From Amoeboaphelidium protococcarum X5 (lineage: Eukaryota > Fungi > Aphelidiomycota), in the NCBI GenBank assembly GCA_023515725.1, contig JALDTO010000009.1:1-64000 (forward strand): a DNA stretch of 64,000 nt. Reading direction: 5' to 3'. The position numbers and the translations under genes were made by a program. Of this stretch, positions 38,758 to 52,100 are shown in pieces (position 1 is the stretch's first letter; each line of letters starts with the position of its first letter). The notes below the pieces were generated by a model. It was not told where the DNA came from, did no database searches, and worked only from the letters and a program-made list of their open reading frames with translations.

Positions 38758-39764
38758 ATGACAGCATCAAGAGCATATTCGCATGTTCCAGTTTTATTGA
38801 ATGAAGTGATGTAGTGCTTGAATCAACTAAAATCGATTAATATTGTATGCGATATGACATTCGGATACGGTGGATACTCTAGCGAAGTTTTGAAGCGATT
38901 TCCGTCCAGTCGCGTTTTTGCTATCGATAGAGATCCATTGGCTGTCAATAGAGGCTAATAACTATCATCCTAGTACTTAGAATAAAGATTAATTGCGCGA
39001 TTATCGAAATTCAGTAATCTACTAAATGTCTTGCCTACAGACGTAAATGGCAGTGTTGACGCTATTTTATTCGATTTAGGCGTCTCATCAATGCAGGTAG
39101 GTTCATTTGACTTATGGGATATTATTTAATATTTTCCTCGTTATATTTTGTAGATTGATGATCCATAGCGAGGATTTTCGTTCAAGAAGGATGGACCGCT
39201 CGATATGAGAATGTCAAGTTAAACGTTTGGTGGAACATCAGCTGCAGAACTGGTCAATTTTGCTCCTAAACACGAACTAGCGCGCATAATCAAGGAGGTA
39301 ATATATTGTCATAATACAATTGGGAATATAATTTATCGATTAAAGTGTAGTTTGGCGAAGAGAAAATGGCTGATAAGATTGCCAGTTAAATTGACTTGGA
39401 GCGGTCACGAAGATAAATTGTTTCAACTTTCGATTTGGCACGAGTGGTTGAGTAAAGTGTACCGCGCGCTTTCAGTTAAAAATCTGTAAGTCGCGTATTC
39501 TAAGCTCTGCGTATGGCTGTGAATGAAGAGTTGGCTGAACTGCAGGCGGGATTGAGTCTTAGTAAGCATGTATTACGACCAGGAGGCATGCTGATATGCG
39601 TGTCTTTCCACTCTCTTGAAGACAGAGTGGTGAAGAATTTTATGAAACGATCGCCGGCTGATTTCTCGATCGCCACCAAGAAGCCGATCCTCCCATCGCA
39701 CGAAGAATTGCTGATGAATCCGCGTTCGAGAAGTGCCAAACTAAGGGCGGCTATAAAGTGCTGA
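38758..39764 (+). CDS. rRNA m4C methyltransferase RsmH/METTL15
   Basis: HVPVLLNEV, DMTFGYGGYS, FDLGVSSMQ|ID..RGFSFKKDGPLDMRM, FQALRMAVNEEL, SFHSLEDR, NPRSRSAKLR; introns 39096-39153 and 39298-39350. Confidence 0.95.
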
Positions 39765-39823
39765 ACTTGACCTGACGGTCATATTTCCTACCATGCATTC
39801 AGTTGTATATATAAAACCATTAA

Positions 39824-40453
39824 TCAATTTAGTTTTTTCAAACAACTTTTGAGACATTCGTATATGATATCTGACAGCGTTCGAATCGAGTGAGGTCGAT
39901 CTTCTTCAGGAACATGGATGAACAAAGCTTTACATTGCGGCATAAGACTCAATGCTTTGTAATAACTGTAGTTGCATAAGTATCTCCCAGGATCTTTACT
40001 AAGTTCGACTTCCATATTTAAAGCATTCTTGACGTGGTTTTGAATTAAAGATACAGACAGCTAAGTTTTGAGAATGTTTCCGGCTTGATCTCTGTTATTT
40101 ACCACTTTATCAATCGGTTCCTGACCGTCAACATCCAAGCCCTTGACTTCGTTATAAGCTTATTACTCTAGTCTGACTTGAGCGCTTTTACCGGCTACAC
40201 CAACGTGAACAATGATCAAGGGATATGGGCTGTGATTAACAGAAGGCTATAATTTAAGCAATTTATTCGCGTATAGATCATCAACTGTCTTGTAAGATAC
40301 GCGAAGTTCAAGTTTTACCACATCCACATTACGGCTGCCATCTTCATCCTCGCCTATTGTAACTGCTGATGGTAGCGCTTTGACAGCTTTCATACTCGGG
40401 TTATCAGGATGGGTCTCAAAGGCCGAGAATCCTGTAACTAGAATCCAATCCAT
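39824..40453 (-). CDS. Pyroglutamyl-peptidase I (C15)
   Basis: ILVTGFSAF...NPS, IVHVGV, SKDPGRYLCNYSYY (catalytic Cys), LFIHVP. Confidence 0.9.
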
Positions 40454-40666
40454 TTTTTAGTATTAAAACTAATCCATATTCGCTATTATGAAGAGTTGAA
40501 TTGGATTCAAGCTTTATTCGTAGCTGGCGAAAACTCTGTGCACATACAACTTTAAATCATCTAAGCCTTAGAATCGACAAAGATCAGTGGAAATAGCAAA
40601 TAATAAATATCAAACATTTTCATAATTATTCATTCACGTCGTCTTTTTCAACATTCACAGTCTTGA

Positions 40667-43600
40667 TCATTGTTACTGAAAGCTCATACTTTTCATACTG
40701 TCCACCAAGTTCTACTTGTCGATGGTTCCAAGTCCATTCAAAGCCTCGCTGGTCAATCTTGTGATGAGGGCAGTGGACTCGATAAACTTGCCCAAATCAA
40801 TAATACCGCTCTTGACTCCTTCCAAAGACACGCCAGATTGAGCCACCATATACTCAAAGAATCTTAGAAAATCAAAAGCTTCAAAACGCTTCGATTGACT
40901 GAAGCAGTGGATCAACGTAGTGCCAGCGTAGAGAGGGCTATCTCCAAAAAGATCACGATTGGTATACTCATTATCACTAGGTGGAGGAATAGCATATGCA
41001 AACAGCAATCCACTCCATAGGCGATAAAACTCCTCAGAATGTTCAATTGGCAAATCGTCATTTGCGACTTGTGGCTCCCATTGGGGTCTAATCTCAACAA
41101 GTAGTAACTTCAACTTTTCCAAATACAACTTCAACATACTAGGAATACGAGTAGATTAAGTAGCACTGTGACAATTATCAGCTTATTCAGCAAACGACCA
41201 TACCATATTTCTTCCATTCAATAACTTCTCCGCTTCGGTGATAACATTTTTTGCAACAAGCTTCGGATCAGCTTTGCCCTCCATCGTGCCGCAGACTTCT
41301 CCCACCAAATCTCCGTACTATACAGCAGATGAAGCTGCATCATTGGCAATTACAACATCCATAAGCATAAAGAACAGCACATAATTGCCAACCTCTCTGA
41401 ATACCTAAAACACCCCAGATCTCAAATCTCTGTAACTGATAAGCGGCTTCAAAATCAGGGAGAAGTAATCAAATGCTCCCTGCGGCCCATACTCGAATGG
41501 TGGCAATTTAGTAGAGTGAGGCATACCTTTCATCAGAGCTTGCACATACGGCGTAACGTTCAATTTTAGTATTAAATCTGTACTTCGAGCCATTTCTCCA
41601 ACCATAACTCCCAAATGCTTAGCACCAACAATTCTATACAGAGCTTCAAAGTGAGGTACACCAATAAAATCTTTATACAACTGACAGATTGCATTATGAG
41701 CCTAGAATAATTGCTTAGAACCACACAAATACATCGGCAACGTCTTTGGAAGCGGTGGACGCTAACTCTCGGAAGCTACAGATAGAGGAGTTCTAACAAA
41801 GCGACCAGTGAAGGCATTATAACAGTAGTTTGTTGTAAAGTCATTCAAAAGCTCCTGAATCGAGTGAGCAACAATACGGCCATTAAAAGTGACAAGACTA
41901 GTCTCTTCATCCACCTCAGCCATAAAACTCTCAAACGGCTCCAGCACCATAAACTAGCTCAATAGCTTATGAGTGTACTTGTTATGCTGAATAAGACGCT
42001 CCAACTCGATGACGCTACTAAATTCAGATGCTTCATATCTGGAAACCGCAACATCCAAGCTCTATCTTAGATGAATCTCACAATGCTGAGCTACTAATTT
42101 TGAAATATTTATATGGCGGCCGAGCAACTGGAAAGTTTTCTATTGCAAAACTGTCCCATATGGAATATCCACAAAATCGAAGCGATCATCGACAGCCATT
42201 AATTTGTCAGAGGCGGCCTTTTTGAAAGCAGTATCGAGTAGCAGAGACGAGGCCTAAATCTTGAAATGAGTGAACACTTTCTGTGCCATTTTCCATATAA
42301 ACTGATCAAAGCACAGATTCAGCTCAGCCTCCAGCTCATCATACAGAAATCTAGAGCGCAGATGATGCAAAGCACGGTTGGCAGCATCGTTATATATCTC
42401 AAGAGGATACATGAGATATTCCACAAGATCAGGACTTTCACTATCGAGCACAGTCTCGGCCAGTATCCAAGGAAGAGACATTTCGATGGGAAACTGAATC
42501 TATTTCGTCACCTCCAAATAAAACTCTTTGTACCACAGCTCAGACATGTCAGAGCATTCCAAAACGCATTAATCAAAATTAAGCATTGCAGCAAAGGAGT
42601 GGGTTCTACTAACAAAATCAGAAACCTCCTGTACATGCTGATCCTTGAAATCCTTTTCCTTCAGAAAACCACCTTGCATCCCCTTAGATCTTTCGTTTAT
42701 TAGGGATTCCAAAAGACTGCTCACATAATGTATTTAAGTGAGCGATGCCACAAGCATTTTACCATTTAAACCTCCAACAACAAATGAAGGCATCTAATTT
42801 CCAAGCTGAGAAACACCACCAGTCTGAGGAAGTGGAGACGGCTTCTTGACACCTTCTTCCAGAACATCCTGATCAAATCGGTCATTCAAGATGCTATATA
42901 ACGACTACAAAATATTCAAAGAAGGCTTCTTCTTCTTTTACAAATGCTGAACCATGTCTTTCAGTGTCGTCCTAATGAACGATTGGATGGACAAGTAAAC
43001 ATGCTTGTAAATGCACTCGGTAAATGATACACCAGATGATTATTCCAAAAACATGCCAGCCAAAGACTTAATCATCCCAATACACTCGACAAGAGCATAT
43101 CTCTCCTCAACGCTGTAGTTGTAACGCACTGCCAACTCATAAAGGGACGCAACTTCTGGAATACTTTTATTAGATGAAGCGCTCACTGGATTGGCAAACT
43201 TCCACGCACTCTACTCCAAGACTTTAGATGTCCAATCTGACATCAACTAAACTCCTTTCAGAGCCAGGGAGTAAATCAAATGACCTTCAGATTCAGGAAA
43301 TACTCTCATTTGTGCTTGACAAGCCAAGACTTGAGACTAGGTAGCCTTGAGTTGTATAACAAAGTCAAAATACGTTGACCGTATAGAGTCAATCTAATTC
43401 AACAGACTGTAGGAACTAACCAAAATCGCATCATTAGGATCATGTTCAAACTTCAAAGAGGCCAATCTAGGAGTTTTCACAAAGAATGAAGCCAAAACCA
43501 TACTAAGATCACCAAAGAAAGGCACCACTGGATTGGCCTTGATAATTTTCTACATTCTGTCAATTCTCAATCTCTTGCGCCTAGTGACATCACCCTCATC

Positions 43601-44542
43601 TCCACCAAAATCGATCAGCCATAAACCATAGACAATACACTTTAAGAGCATCCATTTATCAGATGGTTTTACCCACTGCTTATTTTCAAACGATGTAGCA
43701 CAAAAGTTAACAAGATCGACAATCAAATCCTCAAATCCGGGAGCCTCCTTAATCAACTTATCCTTCAAGCGCTAACTGAAGACATTCTAACTACCAAGAA
43801 AAGCATGCAGTAAATGATTTTCCATAGTCTCATCTTCCATCTCACCAGTCAGATTCTTCAAATTTGATTGCGTACGCTTGTAGATACTGAAGTCATTATT
43901 CAACGATGCCTTGCTATTCTTGAGCAGATCAATCACCATGACAAGATCCAACATCTAGGCCATGGCGGTCATAAAGTCAGAACTAGGAGCCGCCTCTTTA
44001 AATTCACGGCCTTCTCCAACAATCTTCTGAATAGCTGACGCACTTGATCCACTGGCAGCCATCTAGACAACTGAATCTTTCACAACGTAAAACTCTGGGG
44101 CCATTGACCGCACAGTAGTAGTGATAAGATTGACACATTCATCACAGTAGGTACTCAAATCTTTCATCTTGCGAATCTCAGGCTTCAAGACATCGTAAGC
44201 AGCCTTGTACATATCAGTTCTGTTGGCCTGTTCCTAATTCTACGCCTAAGGGATTCCTCTAGAGACTCCACGGTAAGAGTACAACATTGCAACGATGACT
44301 CTACCGACATGCATGCTCTCTTCCAACTTATTTACGAACTAAGTCTCTTTAAACTGAACAGTCTGGGCAAAAGCTATAGAGAACAGCTTATCATCACACA
44401 GACTCCCACTCTGGACACTTTCAAACAGAACATTAAACTATTTCGGACTAGACACAGGATAAGACTTTTCCACAGACTGAAGTCTGTTCAGATTGTACTT
44501 GATATTTTCTGTATTACTCAATGCAACATTAAGATTATTCAT
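40667..44542 (-). CDS. CYFIP: CYFIP/Sra1/PIR121 subunit of the WAVE regulatory complex (1291 aa, intronless)
   Basis: [84 protein letters not shown]. Confidence 0.95.
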
Positions 44543-44878
44543 TGTCAGTGAATAATGCGTATTTAAATTCTGCTTCTAGAAAGAGAAGAGACTATAGCTT
44601 TGAGTAAAGAAGAACTTAATGAAAACTTTTGGCAATTCTGAAACGAGAGTGAAACGGCAATGGTCAAACGTAAGGATAACTCAGAGATCGGAAGCACTCC
44701 GCCGAGTGACTGACTGCGCGCGTAAGAAAGGCAACTGGAAAAGCAACTGCTGAAACAATTGGCGCGATAAAATGCTCCCCTTTCCTTTCCTTTGAAGATC
44801 AACGCTTAGTCATCGTTTACTATTAAATTGCTGGTACTTTTTAGTCTCGGGCGTCGGTAGAGACAGTTGTAAATTATT

Positions 44879-45199
44879 ATGTTTCCCAATGGGCAGGATA
44901 GGGGGTCTTTTGGAATGCAGCAAGTGCAGAATGAGCGAAGAAAGGTGGACGGCGCCAACTCTCAAGTGGACGAGGTTCTGGAAATGGCATTCAGTGCTCA
45001 GCAGTCTCTGCATGGTCAGCGAGACCGCTTGCTTGGATAACGATCGCGTCTTAATGACAATGTCCTCACCCGAGTCCCTCAGATAAACTCTCTTTTAAAT
45101 AAAATTGGTGTTAAAAAGAAGAAGGACGCCATAGTACTCGGTCTACTCATTGCCGGATGCATAGTATTGCTGCTTCTCTACCGTTGGGGATTAAGTTGA
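44879..45199 (+). CDS. Short Gos1/GOSR1-like Qb-SNARE (SNARE motif + TM only, 106 aa)
   Basis: ERRKVDGANSQVDEVLEMAFSAQQSLHGQR...RVPQINSLLNKIGVKKKKDAIVLGLLIAGCIVLLLLY matches the Gos1 C-terminal half. Confidence 0.8.
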
Positions 45200-45300
45200 T
45201 CTAATATTTGAAAAAGAAATAAGTGTTAACCATACGAGTAATGAATCAAGATGTATGCAAAAGATTATTTATATTATGAAATTGATGCCACGGATTACTT

Positions 45301-46116
45301 TCACTTCTCAGGCTGGTCCTCTTCGTCTTCCTCATCGATTGGCTCCAACTCTTCAAAGTCCTCCTCATCGTAATCCTCATATTCTTCATCATCATCCTCT
45401 TCTGGGCCCTGATAGTAAGACACGGCATGAGGATAGAGATCACAACAGATCAGTGCGGCGACTTCACAGATTCCATTTCCACAGCCTTGCAACAGGTTGA
45501 CCAAACTGATGCTATCATCAGCACCAGACTCTTGAATCTCCTAAGTGGACTTGAAAGTTGACTAGACGCCACCAGATGATGAGGATGAAGAATTAGAAGC
45601 TGATGAGCTGTTAAAAGTCTTCAAACCAACATCAGTCCACTCAATCGCGTCAATATTCTCAATGAAACCATTCTCTTCATGAATGACAGTGACGCACTTG
45701 GTGATGGACTCTGACTTCACATAATGGTTGTCCTTCTTGAACTTGATAGTCAGCAGATACTGATTGTGAACATCAGCAGAAGCAGAAGAGGTAGAAGTTG
45801 ACTCAGAAGAAGCAGTAGGACGCGTAACACGAACACCTTCAATTGCATCCAACAACTCTTCGTCATGCTCAGAGGCGGCCAGAACACTCAGCACGGAATG
45901 ATTCTGCAAGGCGATCGGCCAAAAGTGTGGAATCTTCTCCAACAGACTGTCGCGCTTCGTAAACACCGGCTGACGTTTCACATCGTATTGATATTGCAAT
46001 CTGGCCATCTCTTCAGCATACTCCACGTTGATCTCATCTAATTAGTCTTCAAACTCTAGCAGAGTATCAAAGACATTAGACACGGTCTACTCCAGCTCAT
46101 TGATTGACATGCTCAT
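45301..46116 (-). CDS. NAP/SET-family histone chaperone (Vps75/SET-like)
   Basis: RQPVFTKRDSLLEKIPHFWPIALQNH, IKFKKDNHY, IEW, ICCDLYPHAVSYY, acidic tail. Confidence 0.88.
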
Positions 46117-46567
46117 ACTTGCTATATATTTGTATTTGATATACGGCTATTACTTTTTGATTTTTAAGAATTTGCGCGTTTTTACATTCGGAAGAGATGT
46201 GTGTGTGTGTGTGTGATTTCTTGACGAAAATGTTAAAAAAGTTTTAAGGAGCAGTGAGTGCCCCTTTTATGGTGGATAGATGTTTTGCTGTGATGTCTCG
46301 CGATCCAGGGTAGCTCAAGGAACTAGAACATTTCCGAATAATATTGGGAGACTTCGTTTATTTAATTAACCTGGCGTCTTTGTGACTTTTCATTGCCAAA
46401 TCTTATGATGTTTCGAGATGAATCGTTTTGATTTCTGAAGATTGTTCCTTTATTTCGACACTCGTTCCTCCTCTCCTGTAACAATTAAATTAACAGTGAT
46501 AAGTTTACCTTCCTAAAGATAATACTAAAAGTGTGAAATTCTAACACAAAATATAGTCAATTATAAT

Positions 46568-47791
46568 ATGGATAAAAAAGTAAGTATTGATAACATTCTG
46601 TACTTAGAGTAGCCGTTAATGAAAGTTCCTGCTGAGCAATTGCACAAGACGTTCAGAAATACTAGAAAATTGTTGGACAAGGAGATGAGCTATTTGCAGT
46701 AGAATATTCCAACCACTCAGGATGGCATAGATTCTGCTATATCCCGTTTGAAGACTTTGAAGCGCAAGTTGTCTGAATGCTAGGCTGAAGAGTAAAAGTT
46801 TATAAAGCGTGTACAGATTCGGTCCAAGCACTTGACACAGATTGCAGAGGTGTAGTCTATGGACGATGAAGTGTATCAACAGTGGACTCGTACTCGTCTT
46901 ATCAGGATTCTGGTAGATTATCTGCTGCGTAAAGGCTACTTTGATGCTGCAGATGCTCTGACTAATCATTATCAGGTGTAGGAGTATGTTGATGTGGAGT
47001 TGTTTGCATCCACTCGTAAGATTGAAGAGTCGCTGCGTAATCGCTCCTGTACCGAAGCCCTGCAGTGGTGTGTGGAGAATAAGAGTCACTTGAAGAAGGG
47101 TAATTCAGACTTTGAGTTTAATCTTCGCAAGCAGGAATATATTGAGTTGGTGAAGGCTAAAGATTATCTTGGAGCCATACAGTACGCTCGCAAATACCTG
47201 AACTAATATTCCAGTGGCCAGATGGGGAAAGAGGTTCAAAAGTTGATGACTCTGCTCGTACTCTCCGAAAAAAAGCATCTACCTTCATAGTACAAGAAAT
47301 AGTTTAGCTAGGATAATTGGGTGCAGCTTGTGTAATAGTTCAAGTAGGAGAATTATAATTTGAATCAACTCACTTCTCATACTCTGCTTGAGATTGTCCT
47401 TCAGGGTGGCCTGATTGCATTGAAGAATCCAAGTTGTATGAACTCGCTGCAGCATAGTAATTAAAGTTCCAACTCTACCAGCCAAACGCGTCTCGTGTCA
47501 GATCTTAATCCCAACTGTCCAGTGTGCAACTTTCCTTTCAATATTCTGGCTGAGAAGGTTCCATTAAGTCATCACACAACAAGTTGTATCGTGTGCCGCG
47601 TGTGGAATGTTATAATGGACGAAGATAATCCGCCAATGGTACTTGAGAATGGCAATGTCTATTGTAAAGGCGCCATTGAAGAGATGAAAGATAAGTCCAG
47701 ACGTGAAGGTGGGCATGATGGTAAAATAAAAGATCCATAAACTGGAGAATGGCTGTCTGCCAGCAAGATAAAGAAGATTTTCTTGGCTTGA
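46568..47791 (+). CDS. FYV10: GID/CTLH E3 ligase subunit Fyv10/Gid9/MAEA
   Basis: LEQPLMKVP, RLIRILVDYLLRKGY (LisH), EALQWCVENKSHLKK..FEFNLRKQEYIEL (CTLH), NCPVC, degenerate RING with PPMVLENGNVY. Confidence 0.92.
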
Positions 47792-47922
47792 TTAAGATTC
47801 TGTCTTGCTACTGCTTTATTATCTCTTTATTGCTGTGATTCTGACTATGATATTGATATGAGTTTAAATAAGTCTTAAAGTTGACGTAAAGATGATACAA
47901 ACATATTATTGCTATTTTATAT

Positions 47923-50541
47923 TCACGTTTTGTCATTATTATTACTGTTAATATTATCAATATTGTTAGAGGCAGAATCAGAGATGACAGATGGATTCTA
48001 GATTATAACTTTCGAAAGCGTAGTATCCATAGATTTTGCCACAGCAACTTGTTCTTGTTTACTTTCAGCAAGTGGAGATGGAAGAGGAGCATCAGCGAGC
48101 AATGTAGGAGTCAGGGTTGCACCATTATTAGCCAGAGACTCTTGAGATTTCAAGTCACTCGTGGTGGATTGGCCAATTTTTCGCTTCTTTTTATAATCAG
48201 TGAGAGATATTCTGGTCGTAGTGGTAGTGGAAGCAGCAGTTAAAGGCTCGGCAGAAGCTAGTGAACCATCACCGTCCAGCTAATCATCTGCGGCACTTGA
48301 TCGGGCCGACACTTCAACGGTGAGATCGCTGTAATTTCTCTTTTACGGAATGCTAGAACCAATACTCTGACTACCACCACTTCCTTGCGTTATCACACTC
48401 TCTACCGACATTCTGTCGACTTTATCTAGCTTATGACTATCAACTAAACTGGCGCTGACTAATTAAGTTTAATTAACGACAATCTCACTAGGCGGAGTGG
48501 GAGACCGAAGAGTTTCCATCTTTGATGCCTAAGACTTGTCAGCATTCCGACCCTCAACATCATCACTAGTAACCACTCCAGAACTCATGATGGACGTCTG
48601 CACGGAATTACCATCATGATCGGATGAGAGTGATAATTAACTCATTCTCAACTGATAATTTCGAATCCAAGCCTTCTTCATATAATAAGAGCCCTTTCTG
48701 GATGGTTTGAATTCAATCATACCGTCTATATCTTTCTTTGGACTAGAAGATCGCGGAGACTGAAGAGGTGACATAAGGCCAACAGATGACAGAGCAGGCG
48801 ATGGAGATTCATAGCGTCTGCCAGTAGGATCTTCATTCTGATAAGAACCAGACTGCGAGAAATGAGACGATTGTTACTATTGAGATTATTGCTTCTTTTT
48901 CTGCTACTCCTCTTCCATGCGCGCGAACCGCAGAATTTCTTCTCTCAACTTCTTCTCTTCACGAGACAGGACTTTCAGAGGCTTATTGAGAAGATCATCA
49001 TTGAACGAGGTGGTTGCATGGGTAGCAGACTATGGACTAGACCTGTCATTCATGCTGCCTTGATCTACATTATTTTTGTTCTGTTCCAAGGCCAATGCTT
49101 TAAGCTCGCTAGTCTTTTTACGCCCACGTTTTTTAGGCTATTTGACTTCTTACGGAGGCTCTTGACCATGGGGCGGTAATGTATTACCAGACTCTGGAAC
49201 TTAATCAGGAAATTGTTGCTAATCAACATGGCCATCATCTTGATTATCATCCAAAGCCATCTAGTTGTCACCATACTGAGAAGGATGCTTTTAATCTTAA
49301 TCATTCTAGAGAGAATCTTGAGCGTACTGAGGATCATATTCATCATCATCATCATACTGCAAGCTTGGATTGAAATAACATGTCCGCTCATCAGCACAAG
49401 CACAATCCATACAAACATCCATACCGGATAGAGTTCCATAGTAAGGCACGGTCAACTCTTCATTCTCCAAACCTCTCTAAGCAATAAGAAGAAACGCAAA
49501 GTGAGGCCCTTCTCTCTTCTAGTCAGCTGTCGGTGGTTCAATACTTTGAGATTATTAAACATCAGCATGGGCTTCGCCTTATTTATCTGTCATTAATTGA
49601 CCAGAGCTGTCTACTCCTTCATTGATGTCCTTATCTGCTGACAATAAGTCTTCCGTTCTCTACTCCTAAACTGATGCCTATAATGGAGCTTAGAGGTGCT
49701 AAGAAACAGTCGCATCCATGTCAGCCTTAGACTCAGCAATAATATGAGACTTGAGCTAACAATTCGGTCTACAAGAATACCTGACAAATCTGGCTTCATT
49801 GCCAAATCTTCGACAATCCAATAGTAGATCCTCAGAGACTCTGAATACAAACCTCTCATTAACCAGTAATAATTAGTTATCATCGATCATCTTTAACAAT
49901 TAGGCCTTCAATTCTGCAACAGGCTGCTCAGAATCAACTTAACCATTAAGAATCAGAGCAGCCTTGTTAGAACTCCTACTATCCACAATCTTCTCAACAG
50001 ACAACTTCACAGAGTCTATCGAAGTCAACACCTGAGAATAATCTTCAGCACTAAGCTAGGCTAAAGAAGACAAGTCACCAAACTAGAAATCCCCATCTGG
50101 AATGATATTCCGACTCACTGGAATGTAATCCTCAGCCAAATCGAAATAATCATCATCAGAATCATCATCAAGAGACTCTTCACTGACACTCCGTTTAGAC
50201 CTGCCAGTATTTGAATTATTATTGTTGTTGTTGTTACCACCAGAAGCTGTAGATGACTTCCTACCACCACGACCACCTTTCTTCTTCTTCTACTTCAGAC
50301 GCTTCTTCCGTTATAGTTCCCTAGCCATCTGGTAGTCAATTATGCGATCACCTCGACCGACAGCAGGATCACAGCGCTCGCACAAGTACACCTCAGGCAC
50401 GCCATTCTTTCGGATATTGACGCATATAGCATGCTACCACACTAGGCACTTGTCACATTAAATGGTAAATCCATCATCTGTAGTGTATCCACAGACACAA
50501 CGAATTATGCCATCATCGGCAGGACTATTAGTACGACTCAT
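47923..50541 (-). CDS. PHD + SET domain protein, Set3/Set4/KMT2E-like
   Basis: [29 protein letters not shown]...YLCERC (both Q are TAA/TAG); SET motif LDCRRFGNEARFVRYSCRPNC; 872 aa. Confidence 0.88.
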
Positions 50542-50899
50542 GTGACTGACTATGTATCTGTTTATGCTCTGTAAGTATCCAGTATGATATATATCTACTT
50601 TACCAAGGATAAAACGGAATTTACCAGTCAGATATGACTCAAATATATATAGTAGCAAATAATAGAGTGCCAAATACACACAGTCAATATATTAAATAGC
50701 CACTAAGAGGAGAGTACACAAAAGAGTGACGCCCTACGTTGAAAGACGTTGAAGAGAAAGTTTTTGAATTTTTTTCAGGGGCCGATCGCGACAAGGAAAA
50801 GTCTTTAGAGCTCCTTTCCTTGGCTTAGACGCTTACAACGACAACTCTCTGTTAGCATTTGTAAGACTATCGTAAAATTGTAATGAAATTGTTAGAGAC

Positions 50900-52100
50900 T
50901 GGAATATAATAAAGAATAATTGATTGATTAGACAAGTGATGATCAAACCAGTATTAAGATGATGATCAAACCAGTATTAAGATAAACTAGAACAACAACA
51001 TTAGTACTGCCTCAGGCAAAGATTGCACTAGAAGAACACTCTAACAAATCCAGGAATTGAACACGTAAGTCTCAACACCTATTACCATAGCCCATTTAAT
51101 AAATCTGTCTACATCAAATATTGCATTAGAAATTATGTTCTTGATGAAATTATAGCATACTGTAAACCAAGCTCCCCTAACCCAGCTTTAAAGGGGAACT
51201 GCTTAAACATTTAGAAGGACAATATATAAATTACATGAATTTTTTTCACGCAATACATTGGATATAGCATTATCTTACATTCGTTGTGATCTACCTATCT
51301 GGACGACATTGTGATATACACTGATATTAATTAGAAAGAACTGACCAGAGCCGACATCAGGGCGGACTCAGAATGTGCTTACCATTAAAAGAGTCAGTCA
51401 TAGTTGCAAGGGACAACTTCGAAGGGACCAAAACATTGATGGATTACAACTCATTCGCGATGAATAAATTAAAATGCTTCCACAACATATTAAAAACCAC
51501 TACCAGATCAGCAAAGATAAAATATTCTTCTTCAATCGTCCATTAAGGATTCGGAGCTGATTGAAGTTCCAGCGACTTAGTGCGCGCGTGCCTACCTCAT
51601 AGACAGAATATAGCCGAGGAAAGACGTAGAAGACTAAGCGAACTTGCACTTTGAAAGTTTACAGTAAAGCTTATTAGAACGGAGGATCTATAATACTTCG
51701 CGCACATGCGACCGATGTTCTTCTTCATCGCCATCAGTATACACTACAATAGAGACTGTGCCTATATTGTGATGGCTCTGGTCATATCAAGGCCAATTGT
51801 TCGTTGTTGAATACTCGTACTTAAGACAGAACACCTTCGATTCCATAATCAGATGCATCAGCTTCAACCACAAATGGCTTCTCTTCGTCAGGATGACTTA
51901 CACTACAATATCATCCAGATAGACCACTACAAATTTGCCAATCTAAAGTGGAAAGACTTCTTTAAAGGGCGTGAATCTGGAAAAGTATCTAGATCCTGAA
52001 TCATACTAAACATATGCAAATAGAAGATTTAGCACCAGGTTCCAAGTCTATTGTACAATCTTGATCTATATAGTTCTTTCAATTGCAGTGTAGTACCACG
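50900..52100. mobile_element. Degenerate, rearranged Ty3/gypsy LTR retrotransposon fragments
   Basis: + strand: RT FVVIY[+4 nt]LDDIVIYT (~51280-51325), GGLRMC (~51361-51378), Gag zinc knuckle RLCLYCDGSGHIKANC (~51753-51800). - strand: RNase H HPDEEKPFVVEADASDYGIEGVLSQ (51821-51895) and DCTIDLEPGAK (~52028-52060). Boundaries approximate. Confidence 0.8.
50938..50983. repeat. Perfect 23-bp tandem duplication
   Basis: GATGATCAAACCAGTATTAAGAT x2. Confidence 0.9.

Noticed and set aside
38758-39764. Bacterial origin or contamination suggested by RsmH, GrpE, uL2, PheRS, MeaB
   Set aside because: All use the host TAR=Gln code, METTL15 has spliceosomal introns, several have presequence-like N-termini, and all are standard nuclear-encoded mitochondrial proteins.
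46197-46216. (GT)n microsatellite; also (GA)n at ~33795-33810 and (CT)n at ~35440-35453
   Set aside because: Short simple repeats in promoters; no evidence for function beyond ordinary microsatellites.
50938-50983. CRISPR-like repeat
   Set aside because: Only two adjacent copies with no spacer, eukaryotic context, no cas genes.
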